A stretch of DNA of 64,000 nucleotides from Eledone cirrhosa (GCA_964016885.1 OZ024756.1:27838001-27902000), one strand, 5' to 3'; counted from the first letter of the stretch, positions 40,795 through 54,460 are shown. Notes: generated from the sequence alone by a model not told the origin. Made by a program: numbers and translations.

Positions 40795-42466
40795 GTCAGG
40801 TCGCTCTCGAGTGCTACTGGTAACCGGTAACCCAGTACAACCTGTTTCATGGTCGGGTCGTCGGCGACTAAACCGACGACCCCACCAAGCTTGCTTAGTG
40901 AGGAGGGTAATATTTGGACACCCTGCTGGATAAAATACAAGATCCGACAAAAAGGCTGAGGAATTCAGCAGAGTCAACGGCCATCCAAAAGTATTTCCTT
41001 TTTTTTTTTTTTTTTTTTTTCACCTGGGAGTGAAAGGCCCCCAGTTGTTGTCACAACACCTTTCTAGGAGAAGGAAACTCTGAAAAAAAAAACAAACAAA
41101 ACCCGCGGCTTCGGAAGCATCCGATGATGTTGACCAGTTCTACTTTTCGGGTAGTGTTTTCGATGCTCAGAGTGGGATTGTTTGACTGCAAGGCCTTTCC
41201 CCATTAATAAAACCTTCAAAGCACAGGCATTACTTGTTCAGGATATGTTACAGGTTCGTGTGGCTGGCAGTAGCCTAAAAGTGCACCGAACTCTATAATC
41301 TGACAAGTGATTGCAATACTCTTAGCAGAGTTTGCAGCCATCATGTAGGTGTGAACGTATGTATGTATGTATGTATGTATGTATGTATGTATGTATGTAT
41401 GTATGTATGTATGTATGTATGTATGTATGTGTCAGGTCACCAGTTGGTGCTACTGGTAACATGTATCCCAGTACAACCTGTCCCATGGTCGGGTCGTTGG
41501 CGACTAAACTGGCAACCCCACCAAGGTTTCTTGGTGAGGAGGGTGACTTTGGACATCCTGCAGGACTAAAAACAAAACCTGTCAAAGGGCAAAGGAGCTC
41601 TTAAGAGTCAATGGCCATCCAAAATCACCGGGAGAGATGACCCCTTAGCCTTTGTCAAGGCAGAATTCTAGGAGAAGGAAAACTCTGATATAACACCTGC
41701 AACCCTGATGGTATCCAATGATGTTGACTTGTTCTTCTTTTTGGTAAATATCATCTTGGTTAAGAGAGTGGGACTGGCTTTGTGCAGTGCCTTTGCTCAC
41801 TATAAAAGCTTCACGGCACAGGCATTGCTTTATATCTGGAGATCTCTCTGCACTTGTCGTCACATGGTACCATGGGCCCAGCACTATGTGTCAGTAATTG
41901 TCACAAGTGTAGTGTTTGTACCAGAGTTTTCAAGTCGCTGGCTGGACTAAAAAGTCACACTCGTTCAGCGCATCGGTAGGGGTTCTCCTACATGGATATA
42001 AAGTAGTGGCCGTACTCGAAAACGAGTTGGCAGCCACCATGTATGTATGTATGTCCGGGAGAGATGACCCCTTAGCCTTTGTTAAGGCAGAATTCTAGGA
42101 GAAGGAAAACTCTGATATAACACCTGCAACCCTGATGGTATCCAATGATGTTGACTTGTTCTTCTTTTTGGTAAATATCATCTTGGTTAAGAGAGTGGGA
42201 CTGGCTTTGTGCAGTGCCTTTGCTCACTATAAAAGCTTCACGGCACAGGCATTACTTTATATCTGGAGATCTCTCTGCACTTGTCGTCACATGGTACCAT
42301 GGGCCCAGCACTATGTGTCAATAATTGTCACAAGTGTAGAGTTTGTACCAGAGTTTTCAAGTCGCTGGCTGGACTAAAAGGTCACACTCGTTCAGCGCAT
42401 CGGTAGGGGTTCTTCTAAGTGGATATAAAGTAGTGGCCGTACTCGAAAACGAGTTGGCAGCCACCA
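40795..42466 (+). mobile_element. Cluster of RTE-derived non-autonomous elements (40795-41345, 41430-42039, 42055-42466), each tailed by (ATGT)n
   Basis: Structured 5' leader fused to an RTE-like 3' end (terminal C2H2 finger, CTCGAAAACGAG hairpin); near-identical copy at 52197-52753. Confidence 0.75.
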
Positions 42467-42492
42467 TGTATGTATGTATGTATGTATGTATG

Positions 42493-42524
<32 letters not shown>

Positions 42525-42829
42525 AACTTAATACATGTGTTCGCTTATCAAGCGAAAAATAACAACACTTTTAACGGGTTCTCTGCCAGCTCCACCCTGC
42601 CACCGTGACATCTTGGCCACCACTACTTGCGAATGTTGTGCCTAGTGTTTCAGTTTGTCAGGGTCGTTCAATTTTAATTGACCTACCCTATTTCAGTCCT
42701 TTGAAATGTGCAGTTAGAATATATGTTCAATGTAAGTTGATAGATGTCTAGAAAAAGAGATGGGGTGAAATCTGGTTGTTCGCAAATGTGAAAATACCAC
42801 CGAAAGGCTCGTCCTATAAGAGTTGAGAG

Positions 42830-43198
42830 CATGAAAATACACTCTTGGCAGGTGCAATGTGTCTGAACACGGAAGAGCCGAACGCCTACCGTCATCGCCC
42901 CCAACTCCCCCCCCCCCACCCCATCTCTGTGTATCGTGAGCAAATGGATCCCACGTGCTGGCCTCCCCACTGCCCCAGCGGACAAAAGGAAGAAGGCATT
43001 TCCCCTGGAGGATGGTAAGGGAAATGCGTTGGAAGAACCATTCCATCTCGCGAGGCTCCCACCCGCGGCTGGCCAGCTCAGCGCCTATGGTGGTGAGTAA
43101 GGAGGTAGCCCTAGGGCCAACGACACCAGAAGTCTCCACTGCCAAGGGGCACTACCGCATACTTGTCGGAGAGCGACCGGTACTTGGAGAGTTTGCCG
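42830..43198 (-). mobile_element. CRE-like RLE retrotransposon 3' fragment
   Basis: AVETSGVVGP..EPREMEWFFQRISLTILQG. Confidence 0.8.
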
Positions 43199-43694
43199 CT
43201 ATTGTTGGTGCTTTTGCGGCGTAACACCAAGGGAGAGGGTTTAATAACCGTGAGATTCAAACCCGGAGATTATCATAAATACTTTTTTTTTGACTCTTAA
43301 ATGTTTTAAGTGATGTTTGCTGACAAGGATTTCAAATTGTTTTGAAGCAATGTGCGTGCGTGCGTGCGCGTGTGTGTATGTGTGTGTGTGTGCGTGTGTG
43401 TGTGTGTGCGTGCGTGCGTGTGTGTGTATGTGTGTGCCTTTTTTTGTTTTGTTTTGTTTTGTTTTGCTGCTTTTTTCAGGTGTTTTTCTTGTTTGTTGGT
43501 TGGTTTTTGTTGTTGTATTCGAGCTTAAATATATGTCTTTAAATAGCAAAAAACGCCAAGTACAAGTTAGACGTAATTACATACATGTGCGCGCATCCCC
43601 ATATACATATTGGGTCGTCAAGTATGAAATTTGTAGAAACTTGTTTTTCTGCTACACATTTCTACAAATTTCATACTTGACGTACCAATATATT

Positions 43695-44668
43695 CACAGA
43701 CACCCTTACACGTATTCACACACATTCACTCACAGACACCCTTACACGTATTCACACACATTCACTCACAGACACCCTTACACGTATTCACACACATTCA
43801 CTCACAGACACCCTTACACGTATTCACACACATTCACTCACAGACACCCTTACACGTATTCACACACATTCACTCACAGACACCCTTACACGTATTCACA
43901 CACATTCACTCACAGACACCCTTACACGTATTCACACACATTCACTCACAGACACCCTTACACGTATTCACACACATTCACTCACAGACACCCTTACACG
44001 TATTCACACACATTCACTCACAGACACCCTTACACGTATTCACACACATTCACTCACAGACACCCTTACACGTATTCACACACATTCACTCACAGACACC
44101 CTTACACGTATTCACACACATTCACTCACAGACACCCTTACACGTATTCACACACATTCACTCACAGACACCCTTACACGTATTCACACACATTCACTCA
44201 CAGACACCCTTACACGTATTCACACACATTCACTCACAGACACCCTTACACGTATTCACACACATTCACTCACAGACACCCTTACACGTATTCACACACA
44301 TTCACTCACAGACACCCTTACACGTATTCACACACATTCACTCACAGACACCCTTACACGTATTCACACACATTCACTCACAGACACCCTTACACGTATT
44401 CACACACATTCACTCACAGACACCCTTACACGTATTCACACACATTCACTCACAGACACCCTTACACGTATTCACACACATTCACTCACAGACACCCTTA
44501 CACGTATTCACACACATTCACTCACAGACACCCTTACACGTATTCACACACATTCACTCACAGACACCCTTACACGTATTCACACACATTCACTCACAGA
44601 CACCCTTACACGTATTCACACACATTCACTCACAGACACCCTTACACGTATTCACACACATTCACTCA
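43695..44668. repeat. Perfect 36-bp tandem repeat, about 27 copies
   Basis: Unit CACAGACACCCTTACACGTATTCACACACATTCACT. Confidence 0.98.
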
Positions 44669-45084
44669 CACACACACACACTTACACACATTCACACACA
44701 CATGTACGTGTGTCAAATACGTATCTGTACATATACAGTGCTAGGATTAATCCAACTTACCCTACTTATTCCAACTCCCCTGCTTATTAACCCCACCACG
44801 GCTATCCCCTCCCCCTTATTATTGGGGACCCGAGAGAATGTTGCAACACATCCAGAAACACATTTAATTATATCAATCGGTTCCTTCTATTGTGTCCAAC
44901 CCATGCTAACTCAAAGCACCCCATCCAGCAGACTGTAACTTTTACACATCAACGAAGGGGTGTCTACGTTGTCGCTCGACCTGCTAGAAATGTTTGAAAA
45001 ATAAACCTCATTTGGTCAATCCATGAGAGTATCTTGGTCAGCCTATCAACTTTTCACACCTTCGATTACACATTGTTGGATCAC

Positions 45085-45183
45085 ATCACTAGTCTGAAGA
45101 GTAGATCGATAATGGAGTCGGGTCCATAACTTCTAAAGGTCACCATGAGCCAATCCTCTGCGAAACGCGCGTAACATGTCGAT
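45085..45183 (+). ncRNA. Extended-stem-II hammerhead ribozyme motif
   Basis: CUGAAGA (45094-45100) GUAGA..UCUGC GAAAC GCGC GUA (45162-45173); imperfect stem I. Confidence 0.75.
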
Positions 45184-45234
45184 ACCCCCCCCCCCCCCCC
45201 AACTAAATACATGTAACGAACCTTCATCGTTTTT

Positions 45235-45291
<57 letters not shown>

Positions 45292-45295
<4 letters not shown>

Positions 45296-45485
45296 CTGAA
45301 AAGTTCATAGACTGACTGCGAAGGAGTGATGCTAGAGCTGTGAAATCTTGCATGCTTTAATTTCAACTCTTCTTCTTAATAACTGCATTGTTTCTTTCCA
45401 GGATCTATGTTTGAAAAATAAACCTCCTTTGGTCATTCTATGAGAGTATCTTGGTCAACCTATAAGCCTTTCAACCGACCCTCGC
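45292..45485. mobile_element. mariner-type MITE remnant
   Basis: GTGCTGAAAAGTTC.. / ..CTTTCAACCGACCCTCG; right half also present at 44990-45065. Confidence 0.5.
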
Positions 45486-45680
45486 ACATAAGATATTGAA
45501 TAAGACTTGTCCCCCCACCCCCCACACACACACATACGCTAATAGTCATTTACTAAATTGTGATGTCATTGTCTACAAGCCAGTTAATATGAGTTACCAA
45601 GCAATTTGATATATTATTTCGTTAATTGTGTTAACAATTATTTGTAGTATTTAAATGGAACGTGACCAGCTAAGGTAGGC

Positions 45681-46042
45681 TTGTTGTTCTTGTTGCTGTT
45701 GTTGTTGTTGCTGTTGCTGTTGCTGCTGTTGTTGTTTTTGTTGTTTATATTGCTGCTGTTGTTGTTTTTGTTGCTGTTGTTTTTGCTGTTGCTGTTGTTG
45801 TTATTGTTGCAGTTGCTGTTGCTGCTGTTGTTGTTTTTGTTGTTGCTGTTTTTGTTGTTGCTTCTGTTGTTTTTATTGCTGCTGTTGTTTTTGCTGTTGC
45901 TGTTGTTGTTGTTGTTATTGTTGCTGCTGTTGCTGCTGCTGCTGTTTTTGTGGCTGCTGTTTTTGCTGCTGCTGCTGTTGTTGTTGGTGTTGGTGTTGGT
46001 GTTGTTGCTGCTGTTGTTGTTTTTGCTGCTGTTGCTGTTGTT

Positions 46043-46133
<91 letters not shown>

Positions 46134-46165
46134 TTGTTGTTTTTGCTGCTTCTGCTGCTGTTGTT
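45681..46165. repeat. (TTG/CTG)n mosaic
   Basis: Direct reading. Confidence 0.95.
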
Positions 46166-47321
46166 AGACATCTGCCAGTTCCATAATTCCAACTACGAAT
46201 ATTCTAGTTCTTTGACTAACGAGACAGCCTGCTTGTGAAATCAATGTGTGAGTGGCTGAGTATTCCATAGACATGCGTACACTTGACGCTATTCGCAGGG
46301 AAATTCAGCTTGATGCGGTTGGTGTCAGGAAGAGCGTCCAGCCGTAGAAAGCTTACCAAACACAGGGTTGGGAGGATCCTGCAGATTATGTCAAAAGACA
46401 CGATAATTTCTCCTTTGTACTCGATAATTGTTTCTACTTTAGGCACAAGGCCAGCAATTACCCCAGTCCATTAGTGGTACTTTATTTTATCGACCCGTAA
46501 GGATGAAAGGCAAAGTCAACCTCGGCGGGATTGATGGTGGTGGTGGTGGTGGTGGTAATGATGATGGTGGTGGTGGTGGTGGTGATGGTGGTTATGATGG
46601 TGGTGGTGGTGGTGATGGTGGTTATGATGGTGGTGGTGGTGGTGGTGAAACTTCACTCACTTACTTTCAAAAATAAACAAAAGTACGGTCGTTTCTTTTC
46701 TCTCCCCTACTCTCTCTCTCCCTCCCCCACCCTCTCTCTCTCTCTTACACACACACACTCTCTCTCTCACTCTCTCACACACACTCTCTCTCACACTCTC
46801 TCTCTCACTCTCTCTCTCTCTCACTCTCTCACACACACTCTCTCTCACTCTCTCTCTCTCACTCTCTCTCTCACACTCTCTCTCACACTCTCTCTCTCAC
46901 TCTCTCCCTCTCTCACACACACACTCTCATTCACACACTCTCTCTCTCACACACACCCTCTCTCACACTCTCTCTCTTTCTCTCTCTCTCTCTCGAACGT
47001 CAAAACATTAATTACCAGACGAGCGACACTAACTCCCCCCCGACTCCCCACCCAATCTCCTCCACTGTTTCTATATTTCTTCTGAAACTACAACACCAAG
47101 TGATTAAACTAATTACCTGTGAACAGCTATTTCACAGGTGAGAATAACTTCCCTGACCGACAGTATCATTTGAGTTTTCCTTTCTTGTTGTATTTTGAAT
47201 ATGATAATGGTATCTGATTTAGGCACAAGGCCAGCAATTTTGGGGGAGGGGAAGTCGATTAAATCGACCCGTGTGCAAGGGCTTGTGGCGGGAGTGTGTG
47301 TGTGTATGGGGGGAGGGGGAC

Positions 47322-47560
47322 TCTTCCATCCCGGCGCTGCTACGATGAACGAGTGTAAGGTCCTCGGTCCTCCAAGGTAACGTCTAGCCTCTGGAGATCT
47401 TCCTTAATCACGTCAAGCCTTCTTGGTGCAGGACTTGCCACGGAGGGCCCACTTCCATCCCGGCGCTGCTACGTTGAACGAGTGTAAGGTCCTCGGTCCT
47501 CCAAGGTAACGTCTAGCCTCTGGAGATCTTCCTTAATCACGTCAAGCCTTCTTGGTGCAG
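47322..47560 (-). mobile_element. Tandemly duplicated RTE-like LINE 3' end fragment
   Basis: An ~108-bp block occurs twice; minus strand RRLDVIKEDLQRLDVTLEDR. Confidence 0.55.
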
Positions 47561-47831
47561 GGCTAACAGCGGCGCGGGCGTGCGTGTGTGTGTAGAGGGG
47601 GGAGAGGGCTCTTTCAGCCCGGCGCTGCTGCGTCGAACAAGTGTCAGGCCCTGATAGGATGATATAACGCACTAAAAAAACTTTCTATACACCTTTCTCA
47701 ATTGCTATTATGAAGAGTTAAACCTTTGAATGTCTTTACATAATTGTAGAAATATTAGAGTATTCAGGGTGGAGTATCTATTGTGGTTTAATATTTAGGT
47801 AATATTTTTATAATGAACTGCGCATTTCTAT

Positions 47832-47894
<63 letters not shown>

Positions 47895-48289
47895 TCACAC
47901 ACAAATACTTACACACACTCACACACATACACATTCACGCACACATGCATACACTAACGCAGACACACACACACAAACACTTACACACACTCACACACAT
48001 ACACATTCACACACACACGCACACACTGACACACACACACACACACATTCACACACACCCACACATACACATTCACACATACTCACACACACATAATCAC
48101 ACATACTCACTCACACATACTCACTCAAACACACATACACACACGCACATACTCACACACATGCACTCACACACATATGTAAAGAGAACGCAGGAGAAAG
48201 TTTATTGTATCTATTTGATACGATTTGGGGCGTTTGGCGTTGTCGCATTTGTTTCCTGTGGTGTCAGGGTGTGTGAAGAGGAGGTGGAA

Positions 48290-49405
48290 TCGATATTTCC
48301 TTCATCTGTAAGATTCCCTGTTCTCAAAGAAATGAAATCTTCTAGAAAGTTTGACAGCATTTACAGTTCAGCATGTCGAATCAATTCCGTAATTCCATAG
48401 AATCTATATTTCCTTCATCTGTAAGATTCCCTGTTATCAGAGAAATGAAATCTTCCAGAAATTTTGGCAATATTTACAACCCAGCATGACGAACCAATTC
48501 CATCCGTAGATATATGTCTCTTTAAGCTGTAAGAATCCTTGTTCTGAAAGAAATGAAATCTTCCAGAAAGTTGGCAGCATTTACAGTTCAGCATGACGAA
48601 ACAATTCCATCCGTAGAATTATTTCTTTAAGATGTAAGATCCCTTGTTCTCAGAGAAATTAAATCTTCCAGAAAATTTGGCAATATTTACAACCCAGCGT
48701 GACAAAACAATTCCATCCGTAGAATATATGTTTCCTTAAGCTTAAAAAAATATATATTCTACGGATGGAATGGTTTCGTCATTCCTCAGAGAAATGAAAT
48801 CTTCCAGAAAGTTTGGTAGTATTTACAACCCAGCATGACAAACCAATTCCATCCGTAGATATATGTCTCTTTAAGCTGTAAGAATCCTTGTTCTGAAAGA
48901 AATGAAATCTTCCAGAAAGTTGGCAGCATTTACAGTTCAGCATGACGAAACAATTCCATCCGTAGAATTATTTCTTTAAGATGTAAGATCCCTTGTTCTC
49001 AGAGAAATTAAATCTTCCAGAAAATTTGGCAATATTTACAACCCAGCGTGACAAATCAATTCCATCCGTAGACTATGTTTCTTTAAGCTTAAAAAACATA
49101 TATTCTACGGATGGAATTGTTTCGTCATGATGAACTGTAAATGCTGCTAAACTTTCTGGAAGATTTCATTTCTGAGAACAAGGAATCTTACAGCTTAAAG
49201 AAACATAGATTCTACGGATGGAATTGTTTCGTCAGAGAAATGAAATCTTCCAGAAAATTTGCTAGTATTTACAAGCCAGCATGACAAACCAATTCCATCC
49301 GTAGATATATGTCTCTTTAAGCTGTAAGATTCCCTGTTCTCAAAGAAATGAAATCTTCCAGAAAGTTGGCAGCATTTACAGTCCACCATGACGAATCAAT
49401 TCCGT
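48290..49405. repeat. Degenerate tandem repeat of about 118 bp (about 9 units) with internal inversions
   Basis: Recurring AGAAATGAAATCTTCCAGAAA..ATTTACA..CAGCATGAC..CAATTCCATCCGTAGA; reversed pieces at about 48755-48782 and 49100-49232. Confidence 0.9.
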
Positions 49406-50592
49406 GCTTATTCTGTCTACGTGGAAACTAAAAAAAAAAATCTATAAAAATACAATAATCGGTGTGTTGAACAATCGGTATGTTTCTTATTGTCAGCTGG
49501 GTCATGAAGGTCACTACACAAATTAAACAACGAAACACCCACACACATATAAACACACGCATGCACACAGATACTCACACACACGCACGTACACACAGAC
49601 ACACATTCGCATATACAAACACAGAGACACACACTCACACACACAAACACGCAGACACACACTCACACACACATTCGCACACACAAATACAAGGACACAC
49701 TCAAACACACAGACGCACACTCATACACACATTCGTACACACAAACAGAAACACACAGACACTCACACGCGCGCACACAGACACACATTCGCACACACAA
49801 ATACAAAGACACATTCACACATACAAACAGAGACACACTCAAACACACAGACACACACTCACACACACACACACGCACACATAGACAAACACACGCACAC
49901 ACAGAAACACATTCGCACGCACAAATACAAAGACACACTCAAACACACAGACACACTCACACACACGCACGCACACACAGACACACATTCGCACACACAA
50001 ACACAAAGACACACTCAAACATACAGACACACATTCGCACACAGGTAAACTCACACGCCCCCCCCCCTACACACACACAGTGTACAAGCGAATTGGATGT
50101 ATAAGAGGACTCCAAAATTATCATTTGACATAGTAAGTTTTGGGTTATACTCGCTGTATAGCTGACAATATTTCGCAACCAGTAGCTTATAAATCGGAGC
50201 AATAGTAGTCTTTAGACGAGGAAAAGATAAGACTAGTTATAAGTAACTAACAGAAAAACCACACTTCGGGTGGTTTTCTGCTAGCATGTGTAGTGTAGTG
50301 ACGGAAAATTAGTATGTTTATTTAAGCGATCGCCACCGGAAGTGTTGACATTTCAGAAATTTTAAAGAAGTGAATCTTTAAATAAACAAAATATATTTAA
50401 TGAACAGCCACGAAATTTAGTAGATAAATTATGTAATATTCATTCATTATTTATTCAAAGTAATCCAACTTATTTTACAAACGGGATAAAAAAAAATAAA
50501 CCGTACGCAATTATGAATCACTACCTCTTTACGACCAACTGACGCTGCACACCAGGTCCGTACACAGAAGAACCGAACTCTCACTGTCATCG

Positions 50593-50668
<76 letters not shown>

Positions 50669-50989
50669 CCTTCCCATCTCTCATGTACACCAGTCTGAAC
50701 ACAGAGAAGCCAAACTCTCACTGACATCACCTCTATCTCTCTCGCCCTCCCCATCTCTCTCTATTATGAGCAATTGGGGTCTCACGTGCTGGCCGCCCCA
50801 CGGCCCCGGCGGGCAGAATGGAGAAGGCGTTTCTCTGTAGTTTAAGTTCATCGTATGGAGTTTTTTTCAGTTGCAAGCTTACAATTGTTTAAATAAATGT
50901 TATGAGGTACATCAGAAAAGAAACAGGACCAGAGTCACAAGAAAAAAAAAATCAAATCCAGACTACAAACTTCGAAATGCATTTTCCCA

Positions 50990-52155
50990 TCCTTCTCCGT
51001 CACGCCTCCATACAACCCTGGGAGGATTTTCCTGTGATTCTCTGCCGCTTCTTCGTCACGGTCATTTTGATGGCATCCATGGCAGGAAAACGGCTCATAC
51101 TCGAAGATCCATGACTCATCACCAATAATGACCCTCCCCCAACAAGTCTGGTTTAGTTTCAAGACGATCTAAAACAGTGATGGGCAACCTGCGGCCCGTG
51201 GGCCCGCGAAGCTTTCTGAATGGCTCGCCTAAGTCACCTAAGTGAAATCTTTCTGATGTTTTTACCCCAACTTTTCACTCGTAATTTATCTTTCTATCAT
51301 TTTTACGATCGAGGAAAACAACGACGTGTACGATGTTCCCATCGCAGTATCGTCCTCTTCGGAGGATCTAGTTTGCCGAATCTTGCAGTAAAGCCATGTC
51401 GCACATCCTCCATGCTCTTGCCATGCACACGATCATGTGTCCATACACTTACAAGTAGCCTCTCTTCCAAACTGTAGGAGCTCTGAAATAGAAAATTATA
51501 TTATTATTATTATATATTATAATATATTATAATTAATGATATTATATATTATATTATTAAAACAAAAAAATAAATGTTTCTACTTTTGGCACAAGGCCAG
51601 CAATTACTCCAGTGTATTACTAGTACTTTACTTTATCGACCTAGTAAGGATGAAAGACAAAGTTAACCTCGGCGTTTCACCCTTACGAGGTTGATAAAAT
51701 AAGGTACCAGTAATACACTGGGGTAATTTCTGGCCTTGTGCCAAAAGTAAAAACAATTATTTTTTGTTTTAATAATATAATATATAATATCTCACTAATT
51801 CAGAATGTGTATTTAATTAGAAGGGTCTCTACAACAACTACAACGGTAAGCGATGGGTCCACCCACAGCCCCGGCGGACGGCGAGGGAGACGCGCTGGAA
51901 GAGCCACTCCAACTCGCGGGGCTCACACCTGCGGCTGGCCAGCTCAGCGCCTATAGTGGCGAGTAAGGAGGTAGCCCTGGGGCCGAGGACACCAGAAGTC
52001 TCCACTGCCAGGGGTACGACCGCAAACCTGTCGGAGAGCGACCGGTATTTGAGGAGTTTGGCCCCCTCAGCCCGACGTGCTTCAGCACCGACTTCGCGTT
52101 TATCTTCCCTATGTCCAAATCTTCAGTTATAATCTTACAAACGCTGTCGCTGTAC
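50990..52155 (-). mobile_element. Scattered DNA transposon relics (mariner transposase fragments, hAT-like terminus)
   Basis: RVIIGDESWIFEYEP (about 51090-51135); SVCKIITEDLDIGKINAK (about 52090-52150); CAGTGATGGGCAACCTGCGGCCC at 51175. Confidence 0.65.
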
Positions 52156-52196
52156 ATGTATGTATGTATGTATGTATGTATGTATGTATGTATGTC

Positions 52197-52753
52197 TCAT
52201 GGTCGGGTCGTTGGCGACTAAACTGGCAACCTCACCAAGGTTTCTTGGTGAGGAGGGTGACTTTGGACATCCTGCAGGACTAAAAACAAAACCTGTCAAA
52301 GGGCAAAGGAGCTCTTAAGAGTCAATGGCCATCCAAAATCACCGGGAGAGATGACACCTTAGCCTTTGTCAAGGCAGAATTCTAGGAGAAGGAAAACTCC
52401 GATATAACACCTGCAACCCTGATGGTATCCAATGATGTTGACTTGTTCTTCTTTTTGGTAAATATCATCTTGGTTAAGAGAGTGGGACTGGCTTTGTGCA
52501 GTGCCTTTGCTCACTATAAAAGCTTCACGGCACAGGCATTGCTTTATATCTGGAGATCTCTCTGCACTTGTCGTCACATGGTACCATGGGCCCAGCACTA
52601 TGTGTCATTAATTGTCACAAGTGTAGTGTTTGTAACAGAGTTTTCAAGTCGCTGGCTGGACTAAAAAGTCACACTCGTTCAGCGCATCGGTAGGGGTTCT
52701 CCTACATGGATATAAAGTAGTGGCCGTACTCGAAAACGAGTTGGCAGCCACCA
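52197..52753 (+). mobile_element. RTE-derived non-autonomous element
   Basis: Near-identical to 41483-42039; (ATGT)n on both sides. Confidence 0.8.
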
Positions 52754-52830
52754 TGTATGTATGTATGTATGTATGTATGTATGTATGTATGTATGTATGT
52801 ATGTATGTATGTATGTATGTATGTATGTGT

Positions 52831-52866
<36 letters not shown>

Positions 52867-53302
52867 GTATGCATGTGCATGTATGTTCGTGTGTGTATGT
52901 ATGTTTGTGTGTATGTACGTATGTATGTGTGTGTGTGTGTGTGTATGTTTGTGTGTGTATGTATGTATATGTGTTTTTTTTTTATTTTCTTTTTATTTAT
53001 TTATTATTATTATTTTTTTTTTTTCTTTCTCCTCGTGCAATGGCCATACTCGATAACGAGGGGGCAGCCATCATGTATGTATGTATGTATGTATGTATGT
53101 ATGTTATCGGAACGAATATCAGGAATTATGAGGATTGAAAGAAAAGGTAAAAAAAGTGTAGACGAACGCTTTATCTTATTGAAGTAATTTCTTGATTACA
53201 GGTGAGACATCTGGACTAAATTTACACTGAAACAGATGTCTATGTTATTTCCTGTTTCTTCTAATAAGGTCACAGGCTATATATATATATGTGTGTGTGT
53301 GT

Positions 53303-53982
53303 ATTACCCGCGCCTTGCTGCGTTTCACACATTTTTTTATAAGAAAATGATGATTGATTTTAAATCAGTGATATAACTTATGGAGAAAAACTCTGCATTT
53401 CAATATTACTTAATATAAAATGTAATGCATGAAAAATTGGAAAACATTATTTTTTTGTAATAAGGGCGGTGGATTGGCAGTCTCGGTAGAGGGTCGGACG
53501 CCATGCTTTGCAGCATAGAGTTACGGCTCTTTATGATCTGAGTTCAAATCCCGCCGAGGTTGACTTTGCCTTTCATCCTCACGGGGTCGATAAAATAAAG
53601 TACCAGTAATGCACTGGGTAATTGCTGGCTTTGTGCCTAAAGTAGAAACAATTATTTTTTTGTAATATATCAAATCAAAATTACGTTATTAAATCTTATT
53701 CTTATTTTGTTTCTTGTAAATAATTTTTTTCAAAATATCATCAAATCTTGTAATTTATCTATGGTTTAAATTTTATATAAATCGAAGGGAAAATATTCTC
53801 AGTGGGGCTTTGTGTCCCAGGGGGTACCCTTTGATTAAAATGAAATATACTTATCCAAGTACCCTGGGCAATGTAGTTTCAGAATATATATGGTTATGGG
53901 GGTCTATCTCCAAAATCATAGGAGGAGTTCGTGAACAAACAAACAAACAAACAGACAGGAACTACAACTCTCTATATATAGA
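53303..53982 (-). mobile_element. Non-autonomous Helitron interrupted by a SINE
   Basis: Minus strand begins TCTATATATA with (TGTT/TCTG)n near the 5' end; homologous to 56180-57082. Confidence 0.7.
53463..53650 (+). mobile_element. Full-length family-A SINE with a 17-bp TSD
   Basis: ATTATTTTTTTGTAATA at 53446-53462 and 53651-53667. Confidence 0.92.
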
Positions 53983-54305
53983 TATCAAAAGTATATATTG
54001 AGTTAGAAACTCAGAATAGTCCCTTACAATTACATATACATATATGTATATATCTGTGTTTATCTTATATATATATATATATATATATAGGAAAAAAAAG
54101 TATGACCCCGACGGCAGAGCTCAAGCCGTTTCGACGGCTATTTCTGGACTAAATAGCAGTCCAGAAATAGCCGTCGAAACGGCGTGAGCTCTGCCGTCGG
54201 GGTCATACTTTTTCCTATTTCCCATTCTACTACCCTAAGTATTGAGTACTCTGGTGCGTTATGGTCCATCTGGTTCCTTACCACAATTCCTTTGTTTTAT
54301 ATATA

Positions 54306-54341
<36 letters not shown>

Positions 54342-54424
54342 AATGAACCTGTTATTTTTATCAAAAGACATTTTTTCCAATTCCATCCCGCCCGTCCCCT
54401 CAATCTATTTTATTTCTCATTCTT

Positions 54425-54460
54425 TCTTCTGGTGAAGGACTAGCGTCCGAAACGTTAAGA
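54425..54460 (+). ncRNA. Minimal hammerhead motif (CUGGUGA variant)
   Basis: UCUU CUGGUGA A GGAC-UAGC-GUCC GAA ACGU U AAGA, within the element at 54340-54550. Confidence 0.75.

Noticed and set aside
41465-41520. HDV-like ribozyme fit (ACC-loop-GGU as P3, CUAA as J4/2) in the RTE leader
   Set aside because: No P1 partner is found and the putative P2 is not conserved in the 40795 copy; kept only as an unassigned structure.
41708-41950. 80-aa ORF conserved in three places (also 42135 and 52422)
   Set aside because: Conservation reflects near-identical young repeat copies; the meaningful frame is the terminal RTE C2H2 remnant.
43317-44744. 475-aa ORF with HRHPYTYSHTFT repeats
   Set aside because: Perfect 36-bp DNA repeat with no synonymous variation; the N-terminus is made of microsatellites.
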